Positions 19,547-28,906 of a stretch of DNA of 64,000 bases are shown here, piece by piece; the stretch's first letter is position 1; each line of letters begins with the position of its first letter. The notes under the pieces were generated by a model. That model had not been told where the DNA came from, made no database searches, and worked only from the letters and a program-made list of their open reading frames with translations. The position numbers and the translations under genes were made by a program. This DNA is from an uncultured bacterium (GTDB taxonomy: Bacteria > Krumholzibacteriota > Krumholzibacteriia > JACNKJ01): the NCBI GenBank assembly GCA_963695095.1, contig CAVOFT010000001.1, positions 1,056,001 through 1,120,000 of the forward strand, written 5' to 3'.

Positions 19547-22264
19547 CTACTTGAGCATCACGAGGCGCTGCGTATCGCTGCGGCCGGCGGCGCTGAGCCG
19601 CGCCAGGTAGACGCCCGCCGCGGCCTCGCGGCCGGCGGCATCGCGGCCGTCCCAGTCCAGCTGCTGGCGCCCGGCGGGCAAGAGCCCCGCGGCGAGCACG
19701 CGCACCAGGCGACCCGCGACATCATAGACGGCGAGCTGCGCCTGCCCGGCGGCCGGCAGATCGAAGGCGATGGTCGTCTTCGGATTGAAGGGATTGGGAT
19801 AGCTGCCGGCGAGTCCGAAGGCCGCCGCCGTCTCGCCCGGAGCGCCCGTCACCGTCCAGGGCTCGGCAAAGAAGTGCTCGAGGATGAAGGCGATGTTCGC
19901 CCCGAGAGCCGTGAAGTCCATGCGATAGGGCCGGCCGGCCAGGTAGACGAACTGCCCGCCCTCGGGCCGGTGGCTGCCGCCGCCCGGCGGCTGGGCGTGC
20001 ACGCCGGTGCCCCGCGTGCCGCTGAAGCCCGATGTCGTCTGGCAGAGCAGTGTGCTGTTCGGCCCGACGCTCGTCGCGAAGACGTCGGTGTAGCTCTGCG
20101 AACCCGTGAAGGCGACGTTCACGAGGCCCGGGTAGACCGCCGTGCAGTTGCCGGGCGTGCCGCTGCCGTTGAAGGTGACGCCCAGGTAGTCCGCGAGGTT
20201 GCCGGCGAGGAAGCTCTCGCCCATGCGACCGAGCAGCAGCACGTTGCCGCCCACGGCGAGATAGGAGGCGATGGGTGTCTCCTGCCACTTGGGCAAGTCG
20301 CCCGCGTAGTTGTTGCCGACCCAGACCACGGTCGAGTACTGCCCGATCACCTCGCCGGGCACACTGCCATGGCCCAGCGGCGCGGGCAGGGTGGCCGGGT
20401 AGCCGCCGGCGGGCGCGGGGAAGGTATCCCAGAAGTCGAACTCGTTGCCGCCCCAGAAGACCTCGGCCAGGTAAGCGTTCTGGATCTCCGGTGCGTAGGT
20501 GTCCCAGTCCACGCCGTTGACCACCAGGATGCCGGCCGCAAACGTGGGGTTGCTCACCGTGGTCTGCACCTGGCGCAGGATCCAGCGATCGGGATCGAGC
20601 TGCACGCTCTCGACGGTGCCTGCCACCGAGAGCTGGTAGCTCTCGCTCGCCAGCGAATTCTCGACGACGAAGTCCGTGCTGCCCTGGTCCGTGTTCACGC
20701 GCAGGGTGATCGGCATCGCAAAGAGGCCCGTGTTCTCCTGGATCTGCTCGATGTCCACCTGGACCATGCCGGGCGTTGCCGTCCAGCCCAGGCGGTAGAC
20801 GGGGAAGTACTCGCCGTAGACCCACTGCTGGCAGAAGGCGTCCAGATCGCGGCCGCTCACGCCTTCGAGCACATCGCGGAGCTGCTCGGTGGTGGCGCTG
20901 CCGAAGCCGTACTGGGTGCGGTAGGCCGCGAGGCCGGCGAAGAAGTCCTCGTCGCCGAGCACGCCGCGCAGCATGTGCACCAGCCAGGCGCCCTTGTCGT
21001 AGCTGAGATTGCCGTCGAAGATGTTCTCGCTGTAGGGATTCTCGACGATCACCGTGCCGGGGCCGTAGTAGGCCATGCCGTCCATGTACTGGCGATAGGC
21101 CTCGGGGCCGCCGAGGGACTCGTAGTAGACGGCCTCGGTCCAACTCGCGAAGCCCTCGTTGAGCCAGATGTGGCTGAAGTCCGCGCAGGTGATCATGTCG
21201 CCGTACCACTGGTGACCCAGCTCGTGGGCGATGACGCTCTCCCACCAGCCGCCCATGCTGGTGCAGGTCTGATGCTCCATGCCGCCGCCCCAGGGGAACT
21301 GGGCATGGCCGTACTTCTCGTTGATGAAGGGATACTCGCCGAAGGCCGGGGCGAAAGCTTCGATCATGCCCACCACCTTGGCGTTGTTCTCGGCCGCATT
21401 GCCCACGTCGTCGGGATAGACGTAGAAGCGCACTTCCATGGGGTCGCCGCCGCCCATCGGCGTGTACCAGTCCGAGTTCACGGCATAGGGGTGGATGGCC
21501 AGGGACACCAGGTAGGGCACGATGGGGTAGCTGGAGTGCCAGTGGAAGCTACGCGTTCCGTTGCCATTGTCCACGTCCGCTTCCAGCGAGCCGTTCGAGG
21601 CCACGATCAGAGTGCTCGGCACCGTGACGCGGATGTCCATCGTCTCGGCCTTGTCGCTGTTCAGATCCTTGCAGGGCCACCACTCGCGAGCGCCGAAGGG
21701 CTCGCTCAGGGTCCAGATGATCGGCTGGCCCAGGTGGGTGTCCCAGCCGAAGGCTCCGCCGCTGGGATTGCCCGCGTAGCTCACGGAGGCCTGCACGGTC
21801 TCGCCCGGGCCGTAGCTGCGATCGAGATTCACGGTGAGCAGGCCCGCCGCGTGCGTCCAGGTGGTGGCGCCGCCGCCGGCCGTGCAAGCGGTCACGCTCA
21901 TGCCCGTGTCCAGATCCAGCTCCAGGGTGCTGATCGCAGCGCCCGTCACCTCGGCCGTGATGACGTTCGTGCCGGTGAGGATGTGCGTGGTCGGATTGAG
22001 GGCGAGCGTCAGGTCGTAGTGCTGGACGTCGTACTGCTCCTGATTGAAGGTGCGCTCGAAGAGCGCGAGCATCTGCCCTTCCGCGTTGCGCTGCTTGAGC
22101 TCGGCCTCCTTGGCGCGCTGTGCGCGGCTCTCGGCGAGCCGGGCTTCGATATCGAGTTCGTCGATGGGCCTGAGGCCACTGCCGGCGGGAGCCGCGAAGG
22201 CGGCGGGCGCGAGGACGAGGAGGAGGGCGAGAACGGGCACGGCAAGGCGGCGGACGCGGGGCAT
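19547..22264 (-). CDS. M1 family aminopeptidase with C-terminal FlgD-Ig domain
   Basis: GGMEH, HELGHQWYGD, WLNEGFA, YDKGA; YPNPFNP...WDGRD tail. Confidence 0.93.
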   Translation of the reverse strand: MPRVRRLAVPVLALLLVLAPAAFAAPAGSGLRPIDELDIEARLAESRAQRAKEAELKQRNAEGQMLALFERTFNQEQYDVQHYDLTLALNPTTHILTGTNVITAEVTGAAISTLELDLDTGMSVTACTAGGGATTWTHAAGLLTVNLDRSYGPGETVQASVSYAGNPSGGAFGWDTHLGQPIIWTLSEPFGAREWWPCKDLNSDKAETMDIRVTVPSTLIVASNGSLEADVDNGNGTRSFHWHSSYPIVPYLVSLAIHPYAVNSDWYTPMGGGDPMEVRFYVYPDDVGNAAENNAKVVGMIEAFAPAFGEYPFINEKYGHAQFPWGGGMEHQTCTSMGGWWESVIAHELGHQWYGDMITCADFSHIWLNEGFASWTEAVYYESLGGPEAYRQYMDGMAYYGPGTVIVENPYSENIFDGNLSYDKGAWLVHMLRGVLGDEDFFAGLAAYRTQYGFGSATTEQLRDVLEGVSGRDLDAFCQQWVYGEYFPVYRLGWTATPGMVQVDIEQIQENTGLFAMPITLRVNTDQGSTDFVVENSLASESYQLSVAGTVESVQLDPDRWILRQVQTTVSNPTFAAGILVVNGVDWDTYAPEIQNAYLAEVFWGGNEFDFWDTFPAPAGGYPATLPAPLGHGSVPGEVIGQYSTVVWVGNNYAGDLPKWQETPIASYLAVGGNVLLLGRMGESFLAGNLADYLGVTFNGSGTPGNCTAVYPGLVNVAFTGSQSYTDVFATSVGPNSTLLCQTTSGFSGTRGTGVHAQPPGGGSHRPEGGQFVYLAGRPYRMDFTALGANIAFILEHFFAEPWTVTGAPGETAAAFGLAGSYPNPFNPKTTIAFDLPAAGQAQLAVYDVAGRLVRVLAAGLLPAGRQQLDWDGRDAAGREAAAGVYLARLSAAGRSDTQRLVMLK

Positions 22265-22353
22265 GGGGACACTCCGGGTTCGAGGATGGGCAGCTAGGCG
22301 GCTGGAATGGGATGCCGCTGTCGATGCAGGCGATGCTCGCCGCGCACATCGAG

Positions 22354-23337
22354 TTACAATCTTAGCACATTACCCTGCTGATGCGCCAGTCGATGACAGG
22401 CGCTGCAGAGCGTGACCAGATTGTCGGCAGCGTTGCCGCCGCCTTGCTCGCGCGGCCTCCGGTGGTGGATCTCGAGGAAATGCGTGTTTTCGCAACCCAG
22501 GCCCGCGCAGCGATGCCCGTCGCGGGTCAGCACGGCCCGCCGCTGCGCTGGCGGAACGGAGGCGCGGTTCGGTCGACCGGGAGCATGCTCGCGGCAATCG
22601 CAGGCCGCGGCAGCCGCCGCGGCGGGGGCCAGCGCCCGGCCGTCGGGCAGTTTCGCCCTTCCGCACTCTTCGCAGCGATAGATCACGATCTGGTAGGGAG
22701 GGGCGGCCTGGTTCCGGGCCGCCCGCGACTTGTCACGTGACAAGTCGGCTGCAAGAGCCGCGAAGGCAACGAGCAGCAGCTCGGCGCGAGGGCGCTGATC
22801 GCCCGCCTTGCGCAAGCGCTCGAGCATCGCCTCCAGCTGCGCGTGCTGCTCGGGACTCAGCGTGAAGCTGACCTGCACCGGCGGCGCGGGCAGCCGGGAC
22901 GGCGGGGTCTCGGCGAGCATACTCGGCTGCGCGAGATCTGCCGGCCTCGATGCCCGCGCTACCTTGACGGCCTGCTCCAGCTGCCGATTGCTTGCCTGCT
23001 TGGCAGCCTCCACCCAGCTGCGCTCGGATTGTGGAGTGGCCACTCTGGCGAGCGTGCGGGCTTTGGTCCAGCTCAACTCGCCCGCCGCGAGCGAGGCCTT
23101 CACCGCCGGCAGCGCCTCGAGCGCCTCGGCCAAGCGCATAAACTGCCAGGTCTTGTTGGCCGAAAAGCCCAACTCCACCTCCGCGTAGGCGTGAATGCTC
23201 GAGTAGCCCAGCTCGCGGTAGAGCTTGCGACACAGGATCTCCGCGAAGCAGCCGACGGCGTCGGCCTCGGCGGCGCGCAGGCGGGCGAGCGCCGCCTTGA
23301 GCGCGACGTGCAGCGCGGTCGCGGATTGCTCTGGCAT
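22354..23337 (-). CDS. DUF222-like HNH endonuclease (paralogue 1)
   Basis: LYRELGYSS N-terminus; CEECG...CDC; RDGHRCAGLGC...EIHH...GGGN..NLVTLCSACH. Confidence 0.9.
   Translation of the reverse strand: MPEQSATALHVALKAALARLRAAEADAVGCFAEILCRKLYRELGYSSIHAYAEVELGFSANKTWQFMRLAEALEALPAVKASLAAGELSWTKARTLARVATPQSERSWVEAAKQASNRQLEQAVKVARASRPADLAQPSMLAETPPSRLPAPPVQVSFTLSPEQHAQLEAMLERLRKAGDQRPRAELLLVAFAALAADLSRDKSRAARNQAAPPYQIVIYRCEECGRAKLPDGRALAPAAAAAAACDCREHAPGRPNRASVPPAQRRAVLTRDGHRCAGLGCENTHFLEIHHRRPREQGGGNAADNLVTLCSACHRLAHQQGNVLRL
22726..22747. repeat. 22-bp perfect palindrome CGACTTGTCACGTGACAAGTCG inside HNH1
   Basis: Read directly; encodes DLSRDKS. Confidence 0.95.
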
Positions 23338-23374
23338 GGGAACCCCCGACGGGAAGGCGGGGGAGGATGCTGAT

Positions 23375-23403
23375 ATTATAATGACTCGATGTGCCGATGT
23401 CAA
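23375..23403 (-). promoter_or_regulatory. consensus sigma70 promoter of HNH1
   Basis: TTGACA (23403-23398), 17-nt spacer, TATAAT (23380-23375). Confidence 0.85.
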
Positions 23404-23460
23404 GAGGAGGCCTGAAATCGAGCAGTATTGCGCGATGGCGTTTCGCGCGGCGCTCGCAAG

Positions 23461-23480
23461 GACTTGTCACGTGACAAGTC
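23461..23480. repeat. 20-bp palindrome GACTTGTCACGTGACAAGTC
   Basis: Read directly; between the AKR stop and the HNH1 promoter. Confidence 0.95.
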
Positions 23481-23512
23481 GCCGGGCGCCCGCCGCTGCG
23501 CAGGCGCTGCGC

Positions 23513-24505
23513 CTAGCGGAATTCCCCCGGTGGCTCGGGCCGATTGTCCAGGATCGATTCGATGCGCTCCATCATCGCCGGCGTCAGCTTGGCCGCCACC
23601 GCCAGCGCGCCCATGTTCTCCACGACCTGCTCGGGGCGGCTGGCGCCGGTGATCACCGAGCTCACCTGCGGGTTCTTGAGGCACCAGGCCAGGGCCAGCT
23701 GCGCGCGCGTGCAGCCCAGTTCCCCGGCCAGGGGCACGAGGCGCTTGGCCTTGGCCAGGCGCTGGGCCGCTTCCTCGCCCTCGAAGCTGGGCTTGAGCCA
23801 GGCGTACTGGGGCAGCGTGGATCGGCTGCCCGCCGGCACGCCCTTGTCGTACTTGCCCGTGAGCAGACCGCCGGCCAGCGGACTCCAGATCGTCGTGCCC
23901 AGACCGGGGTCTTCATAGAGCGGCGCATACTCGCGCTCCACCCGCTCGCGATGGAACATGTGGTACTGCGGCTGCTCCATCGTGGGCGGCACCAGGTGCT
24001 CGCGCCGCGCAACAGCGTGCGCATGGCGAATCTGCTCGGCGCTCCACTCGCTCGTGCCCCAGTAGAAGGCCCAGCCCTGGTCGACGACCCAGCTCATCGC
24101 GCGTACGGTTTCTTCCATCGGCGTGCGGGGGTCGGGACGGTGGCAGAAGACGAGATCCACGTAGTCGAGCTGCAAGCGGTCCAGCGCCGCCCGCGTGCCT
24201 TCGACGACGTGCTTGCGGCTGAGCCCGCGGTCGTTGGGGCCGCGCCCGCCCCAGAAGACCTTCGTGGAGATCACCAGGTCCCTGCGCTTCCAGTCCAGGC
24301 TCTTGAGCACGCGGCCCATGATCAGCTCCGACTCGCCGCCGGCATAGGCCTCGGCATTGTCGAAGAAGTTCACGCCGGCCTCGCGGGCGGCCTCCATGCA
24401 GGCGCAGGCCTCGGCCTCGCCGAGCTGCGTGCCGAAGGTGACCCAGGAACCGAAGCTGAGCGCTGAAACCTGCAGGCCGCTCTTGCCCAGGGCGCGGTAC
24501 TCCAT
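23513..24505 (-). CDS. aldo/keto reductase (Kv-beta-like)
   Basis: [40 protein letters not shown]. Confidence 0.93.
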   Translation of the reverse strand: MEYRALGKSGLQVSALSFGSWVTFGTQLGEAEACACMEAAREAGVNFFDNAEAYAGGESELIMGRVLKSLDWKRRDLVISTKVFWGGRGPNDRGLSRKHVVEGTRAALDRLQLDYVDLVFCHRPDPRTPMEETVRAMSWVVDQGWAFYWGTSEWSAEQIRHAHAVARREHLVPPTMEQPQYHMFHRERVEREYAPLYEDPGLGTTIWSPLAGGLLTGKYDKGVPAGSRSTLPQYAWLKPSFEGEEAAQRLAKAKRLVPLAGELGCTRAQLALAWCLKNPQVSSVITGASRPEQVVENMGALAVAAKLTPAMMERIESILDNRPEPPGEFR

Positions 24506-24676
24506 GATCACTCTCCTTGCCTGCGGCGCCGCGGCGCCAAGTCCGAGTCGAACGGCGCAGTTTAGGGCAAGGCGAGCCGGGAATCCAGATGCCCGCCGCT
24601 TTTTGTGCTTCGCAAGGAGCCGCGGGCAGGGCATCTTGAGCGCAGCGCGCTCCGCCGGCGCCGCGAAAGGACAGCG

Positions 24677-25666
24677 ATGCCCGCCGCCAGCCTCCTCGAC
24701 CTCATCGGCAACACGCCGCTCGTGGAGCTCACGCGCCTGGATGCGGGCCGCTGCCGGCTCTTCCTCAAGCTCGAGCTGGCCAATCCGGGCGGCTCGATCA
24801 AGGACCGCATCGCGCTGTCCATGATCGAGGCGGCCGAGGCGGACGGCAGCCTGCGCCCCGGCATGCGCTTGCTCGAGGCCACGGCCGGCAACACCGGCCT
24901 CGGCCTGGCCCTGGTGGGAGGGGCCAAGGGCTATGGCTGCAGCATCGTCATTCCCGACAAGATGAGCGGCGAGAAGATGGCCCACCTGCGCGCCCTGGGC
25001 GCCGAGGTGATCGTCACGCGTAGCGACGTGGGCAAGGGCCACCCGGAGTACTACCAGGACCTCGCGGCGCGGCTCGCCGCCGAGCGGCCGGATAGCTGGT
25101 TCGTCAACCAGTTCGCCAACCCCGCCAACCCGCGCGCCCACGAGCTGGGCACCGGCCCCGAGATCCTCGACCAGATGGAGGGCCGCGTGGATGCGGTGGT
25201 CTGCGGCGTCGGCTCGGGCGGCACGGTCACCGGCCTCTCCCGCTGCTTCGCCGAGCGCTCGCCGGCCACCGAGTTCGTGCTGGCCGACCCGGAGGGCTCG
25301 GTGCTCGCGGCCGCGGTCGCCGGCCGCCCGCTCGGCGAGGCGGGCAGCTGGCAGGTGGAGGGCATCGGCGAGGACTTCCTGCCGCCCATCCTCGATCTCG
25401 GCCGGGTGAAGCGCGCCTTCACCATCGGCGACGCGGAGAGCTTCGCCACCGCGCGCCGCCTGCTGCGCGCCGAGGGCATCCTGGCCGGCTCCTCCACGGG
25501 CTGCCTGCTGGCCGCCGCCCTGCGCTACTGCCGCGAGCAGACCAGGCCGCAGCGCGTCGTCACCTTCGCCTGCGACACCGGCAACAAGTACCTGTCCAAG
25601 TTCTACGACGACGCCTGGCTCGCCGCCCGCGGCCTGCCCATCGATGAGGAGGACTCCCGCGCATGA
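24677..25666 (+). CDS. PLP-dependent cystathionine beta-synthase/cysteine synthase (no CBS domains)
   Basis: [44 protein letters not shown]. Confidence 0.9.
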   Translation: MPAASLLDLIGNTPLVELTRLDAGRCRLFLKLELANPGGSIKDRIALSMIEAAEADGSLRPGMRLLEATAGNTGLGLALVGGAKGYGCSIVIPDKMSGEKMAHLRALGAEVIVTRSDVGKGHPEYYQDLAARLAAERPDSWFVNQFANPANPRAHELGTGPEILDQMEGRVDAVVCGVGSGGTVTGLSRCFAERSPATEFVLADPEGSVLAAAVAGRPLGEAGSWQVEGIGEDFLPPILDLGRVKRAFTIGDAESFATARRLLRAEGILAGSSTGCLLAAALRYCREQTRPQRVVTFACDTGNKYLSKFYDDAWLAARGLPIDEEDSRA

Positions 25667-26829
25667 CTCGCGACGAGCGTCACCTGCGCTTCGAAACCCT
25701 GGCCGTCCACGGCGGCCAGCGGCCGGACCCCCTCACGGGCGCCGTGAGCGTGCCCATCTACCAGACCTCCACCTACGCGCAGCGCGCGCCCGGCGAGCAC
25801 CTGGGCTTCGAGTACTCGCGCACGGACAACCCGACGCGCAGCGCCTTGCAGGCGGCCCTCGCCTGCCTCGAGGGGGGCCGCTACTGCCGCGTCTTCGCTT
25901 CGGGCATGGCCGCCACCGATGCCGTGATCCGCCTCCTCGCGCCCGGGGCGCACGTCGTCTGCTGCGACGACCTCTACGGCGGCAGCTACCGGCTCTTCGA
26001 CAAGGTGCTGGCCAGGCAGGGCTACGACTTCAGCTTCGTCGACCTCACGGATCCGGCCGCGCTCGAGGCGGCGCTGCGCCCCGAGACGCGCCTGCTGTGG
26101 ATCGAGACGCCCACCAATCCCCTGCTCAAGGTGCTCGACCTCGCCGCGCTGGCCGCCCGCTGCCGCGAGCGCGGCGTGCTCGTCGCGGTCGACAACACCT
26201 TCCTCTCGCCCGCCCTGCAGAACCCGCTGGCCCTGGGCGCGGACTTCGCCGTGCACTCGACGACCAAGTACATCAACGGCCACGCGACGTGGTCGGCGGC
26301 GCGGTGGTCCTGAACGATGCCGCGCTCGACGAGCGCCTGGGCTATCTGCAGAACGCCGCCGGCGCCGTGCCGGGGCCCATGGACTGCTACCTCGTCCTGC
26401 GCGGCGTCAAGACCCTGGCCCTGCGCATGCGCCAGCACGAGGCGGGGGCGCGGGCCGTCGCCGAGTACCTCCAGCGGGCACCCGGCCGTGGAGCGCGTGC
26501 TCTGGCCCGGCCTGCCGGCGCACCCCGGCCACGCGGTCGCGGCGCGGCAGGCCCGTGGCTTCGGCGGCATGCTCTCCTTCGTGATCGCGGGCGGCCTGCC
26601 GGCGGCCAGGCGCTTCATCGGCGCGCTCTCGCTCTTCACCCTGGCCGAGAGCCTGGGCGGCGTGGAGAGCCTCGTCGAGCTGCCGGCCATCATGACGCAC
26701 GCCAGCGTCGAGCCGGCGATCCGCGCGCGGCTGGGGATCGTGGACGGGCTGGTCCGCCTCTCGGTGGGCATCGAGCATCCCGATGACCTGATCGCCGATC
26801 TGGACGCCGCCTTCGCGGCGCCGGCCTGA
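25663..26829 (+). CDS. cystathionine gamma-lyase/synthase (frameshifts near 26285 and 26476)
   Basis: [57 protein letters not shown]. Confidence 0.9.
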
Positions 26830-26838
26830 GGGGCGGCC

Positions 26839-28020
26839 GTGCCTGCGCTACCGCCGCTCTCCGCCGCCGAAGGGGCCCGCTATGCGCGCCACCTCAGCCT
26901 GCCCGAAGTGGGGGAAGCCGGTCAGCGGCGGCTCAAGGCGGCGAGCGTGCTGCTGGTGGGCGCGGGCGGTCTCGGCTCGCCCGCCGCGCTCTACCTGGCC
27001 GCCGCGGGCGTGGGGCGCCTCGGGCTCGTCGATCCGGACCTCGTCGAGCTGAGCAATCTCCAGCGCCAGATCCTGCACGGCACGGCGGCCCTGGGCGCGC
27101 CGAAGGTGGAATCCGCCCGCGCGCGGCTGGCCGACCTCAATCCCGAGATCCGGCTGGAGACGCACGCGCTGCGCCTGGGCCCGGCCAACGCCCGCGCGCT
27201 CGTGGCCGACTACGACCTGGTCCTGGACGGCTCGGATTCCTTCGCCACGCGCTACGTGGTGAACGACGCCTGCGGGCTCGAGGATCGCCCCCTGGTCTAC
27301 GGCAGCATCTTTCGCTTCGAGGGCCAGGTGGCCGTGTTCCACGCGGGGCGGGGGCCCTGCTACCGCTGCCTCTTCCCGGAGCCGCCGCCGGCAGGCGAGA
27401 TGCCGAACTGCGCCGAGGGCGGCGTGCTGGGCGTGCTGCCGGGCATCGTCGGCACCCTGCAGGCCACCGAAGCGCTCAAGCTGTTGCTCGGCATCGGGGA
27501 GTCGCTGCTGGGGCGGCTGCTGCTGGTCGATGCGCTCGAGCTGCGCTTCCGCGAGTTCCGCGTCGCCAGGGATCCGGGCTGCGCGCTCTGCGGCGAGACG
27601 CCCACGATTCGCGAGCCGATGGAGCTGGTCGAGCCTGCCTGCGCGGTGCCGCCGGACGCCGCGCCACCGGCCGCGGCGCGCGGCGGCGATGAGCCCGCCC
27701 CGGTACTGCACCTGACGCCCCGCGAGCTGGCGGCCCGCCTCGCGGCGAGCGAGGCCCCGCTCCTGCTCGACGTGCGCAACGATTTCGAGTGGCGCCTGTG
27801 CCGCCTCGAGGGCGCGCTGCTCCTGCCCCTGGACGAGCTGCCGGGGCGTCTGGCCGAGCTCGATCCGCAGCGCGAAACCCTCGTGTATTGCCACACCGGC
27901 GTGCGCAGCGCCTACGCCGCCGAGTACCTGCGGCGCCAGGGCTTCCGCCGCGTGGGCAACCTGCTGGGCGGCATCCACCGCTGGGCGCTCGACGTGGATC
28001 CGAGCCTGCCCACCTACTGA
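26839..28020 (+). CDS. moeB: molybdopterin-synthase adenylyltransferase MoeB/MoeZ (ThiF plus rhodanese)
   Basis: RYARHL, GAGGLG, SNLQRQ, PCYRCLF, YCHTGVRS rhodanese. Confidence 0.9.
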   Translation: MPALPPLSAAEGARYARHLSLPEVGEAGQRRLKAASVLLVGAGGLGSPAALYLAAAGVGRLGLVDPDLVELSNLQRQILHGTAALGAPKVESARARLADLNPEIRLETHALRLGPANARALVADYDLVLDGSDSFATRYVVNDACGLEDRPLVYGSIFRFEGQVAVFHAGRGPCYRCLFPEPPPAGEMPNCAEGGVLGVLPGIVGTLQATEALKLLLGIGESLLGRLLLVDALELRFREFRVARDPGCALCGETPTIREPMELVEPACAVPPDAAPPAAARGGDEPAPVLHLTPRELAARLAASEAPLLLDVRNDFEWRLCRLEGALLLPLDELPGRLAELDPQRETLVYCHTGVRSAYAAEYLRRQGFRRVGNLLGGIHRWALDVDPSLPTY

Positions 28021-28038
28021 AGCCGGGAAGGGGGGACT

Positions 28039-28803
28039 TTGCAGCCCGGATGGGCCCAGGCGCGCGGTGCCTTGCTCGGCTGGCTCTGTCTGGAGCTGCT
28101 GGCGCCGCCTGCCGTCCAGGCCAATCTCTCGCGCAACGCGGCGGGCCCGCAGGCCATGGGGGATGCCGGCGCCTTCACGCTCGACGCTGCCGTCCAGCAC
28201 GAACGCGACAGCGATGCCAGGACCTGGACCCTCGAAACGGGGCTGCAGTACGAGCTCTCCGGCCGCCTGCAGTTGCTCGCCGAGGCAATCTGCTTCGAGC
28301 GGCAGTCGCCCGCCGCGGGCGATCCCGTCAGCGGCATGGGCGACACGGATCTGACGCTCTCCTGGTTGGCCCGCGCGGAGCGGGAGCTGCTGCCGCCGCT
28401 CGTACTGGCCTTGAGGGTGAAGCTGCCCACCGCCAGGCAGGAGGAGCTCGGCACCGGCAGGGCCGACTTTGCCGCGCTGCTCGTCCTGGCCAAGGAGTTC
28501 GGCGAGTTCGAGCTGGCGCTCGAAGCGGAGTACGAGACCCTCGGCTCGCCTGCAGGGGAGGCGCTCGCCGACCAGTTCATCTACACCCTCGCCGTGGACT
28601 ACGGCGTGAACGACTACCTCTCCGTCTACGGCGAGCTCTTCGGCAACAGCGCGCCCAGCGCCCAGGAGTCGCGCAGTGACGCCGCCCTCGCCGGCGTCGA
28701 GCTCGAGTGGCCGCTCAGCGAGGCCGCGGCGCCCTACTTCTCCTTCGAGGTCGACACGGAGGGCGTGGCCTCCGCGCGGGCCGGCATCGAGTGGAGCTGG
28801 TAG
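28039..28803 (+). CDS. putative outer-membrane beta-barrel (MetA-pathway/transporter-like)
   Basis: SGMGD, VKLPTA..LGTG motif; terminal IEWSW. Confidence 0.6.
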   Translation: MQPGWAQARGALLGWLCLELLAPPAVQANLSRNAAGPQAMGDAGAFTLDAAVQHERDSDARTWTLETGLQYELSGRLQLLAEAICFERQSPAAGDPVSGMGDTDLTLSWLARAERELLPPLVLALRVKLPTARQEELGTGRADFAALLVLAKEFGEFELALEAEYETLGSPAGEALADQFIYTLAVDYGVNDYLSVYGELFGNSAPSAQESRSDAALAGVELEWPLSEAAAPYFSFEVDTEGVASARAGIEWSW

Positions 28804-28906
28804 CGGCTCCGCCCGCGGCGCAGCGCGGGCCGGTGCTGTCAAAGGCGGGCGCGTCTCGCCTATACTGGCTTCGCCGCCACGAAACGCCGCCCATTGGAGG
28901 TATTGC

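Noticed and set aside
22354..23337. HNH genes as IscB/Cas9-like or group II intron proteins
   Set aside because: No RuvC, PLMP or reverse-transcriptase motifs, and little room for a long associated ncRNA beside the genes.
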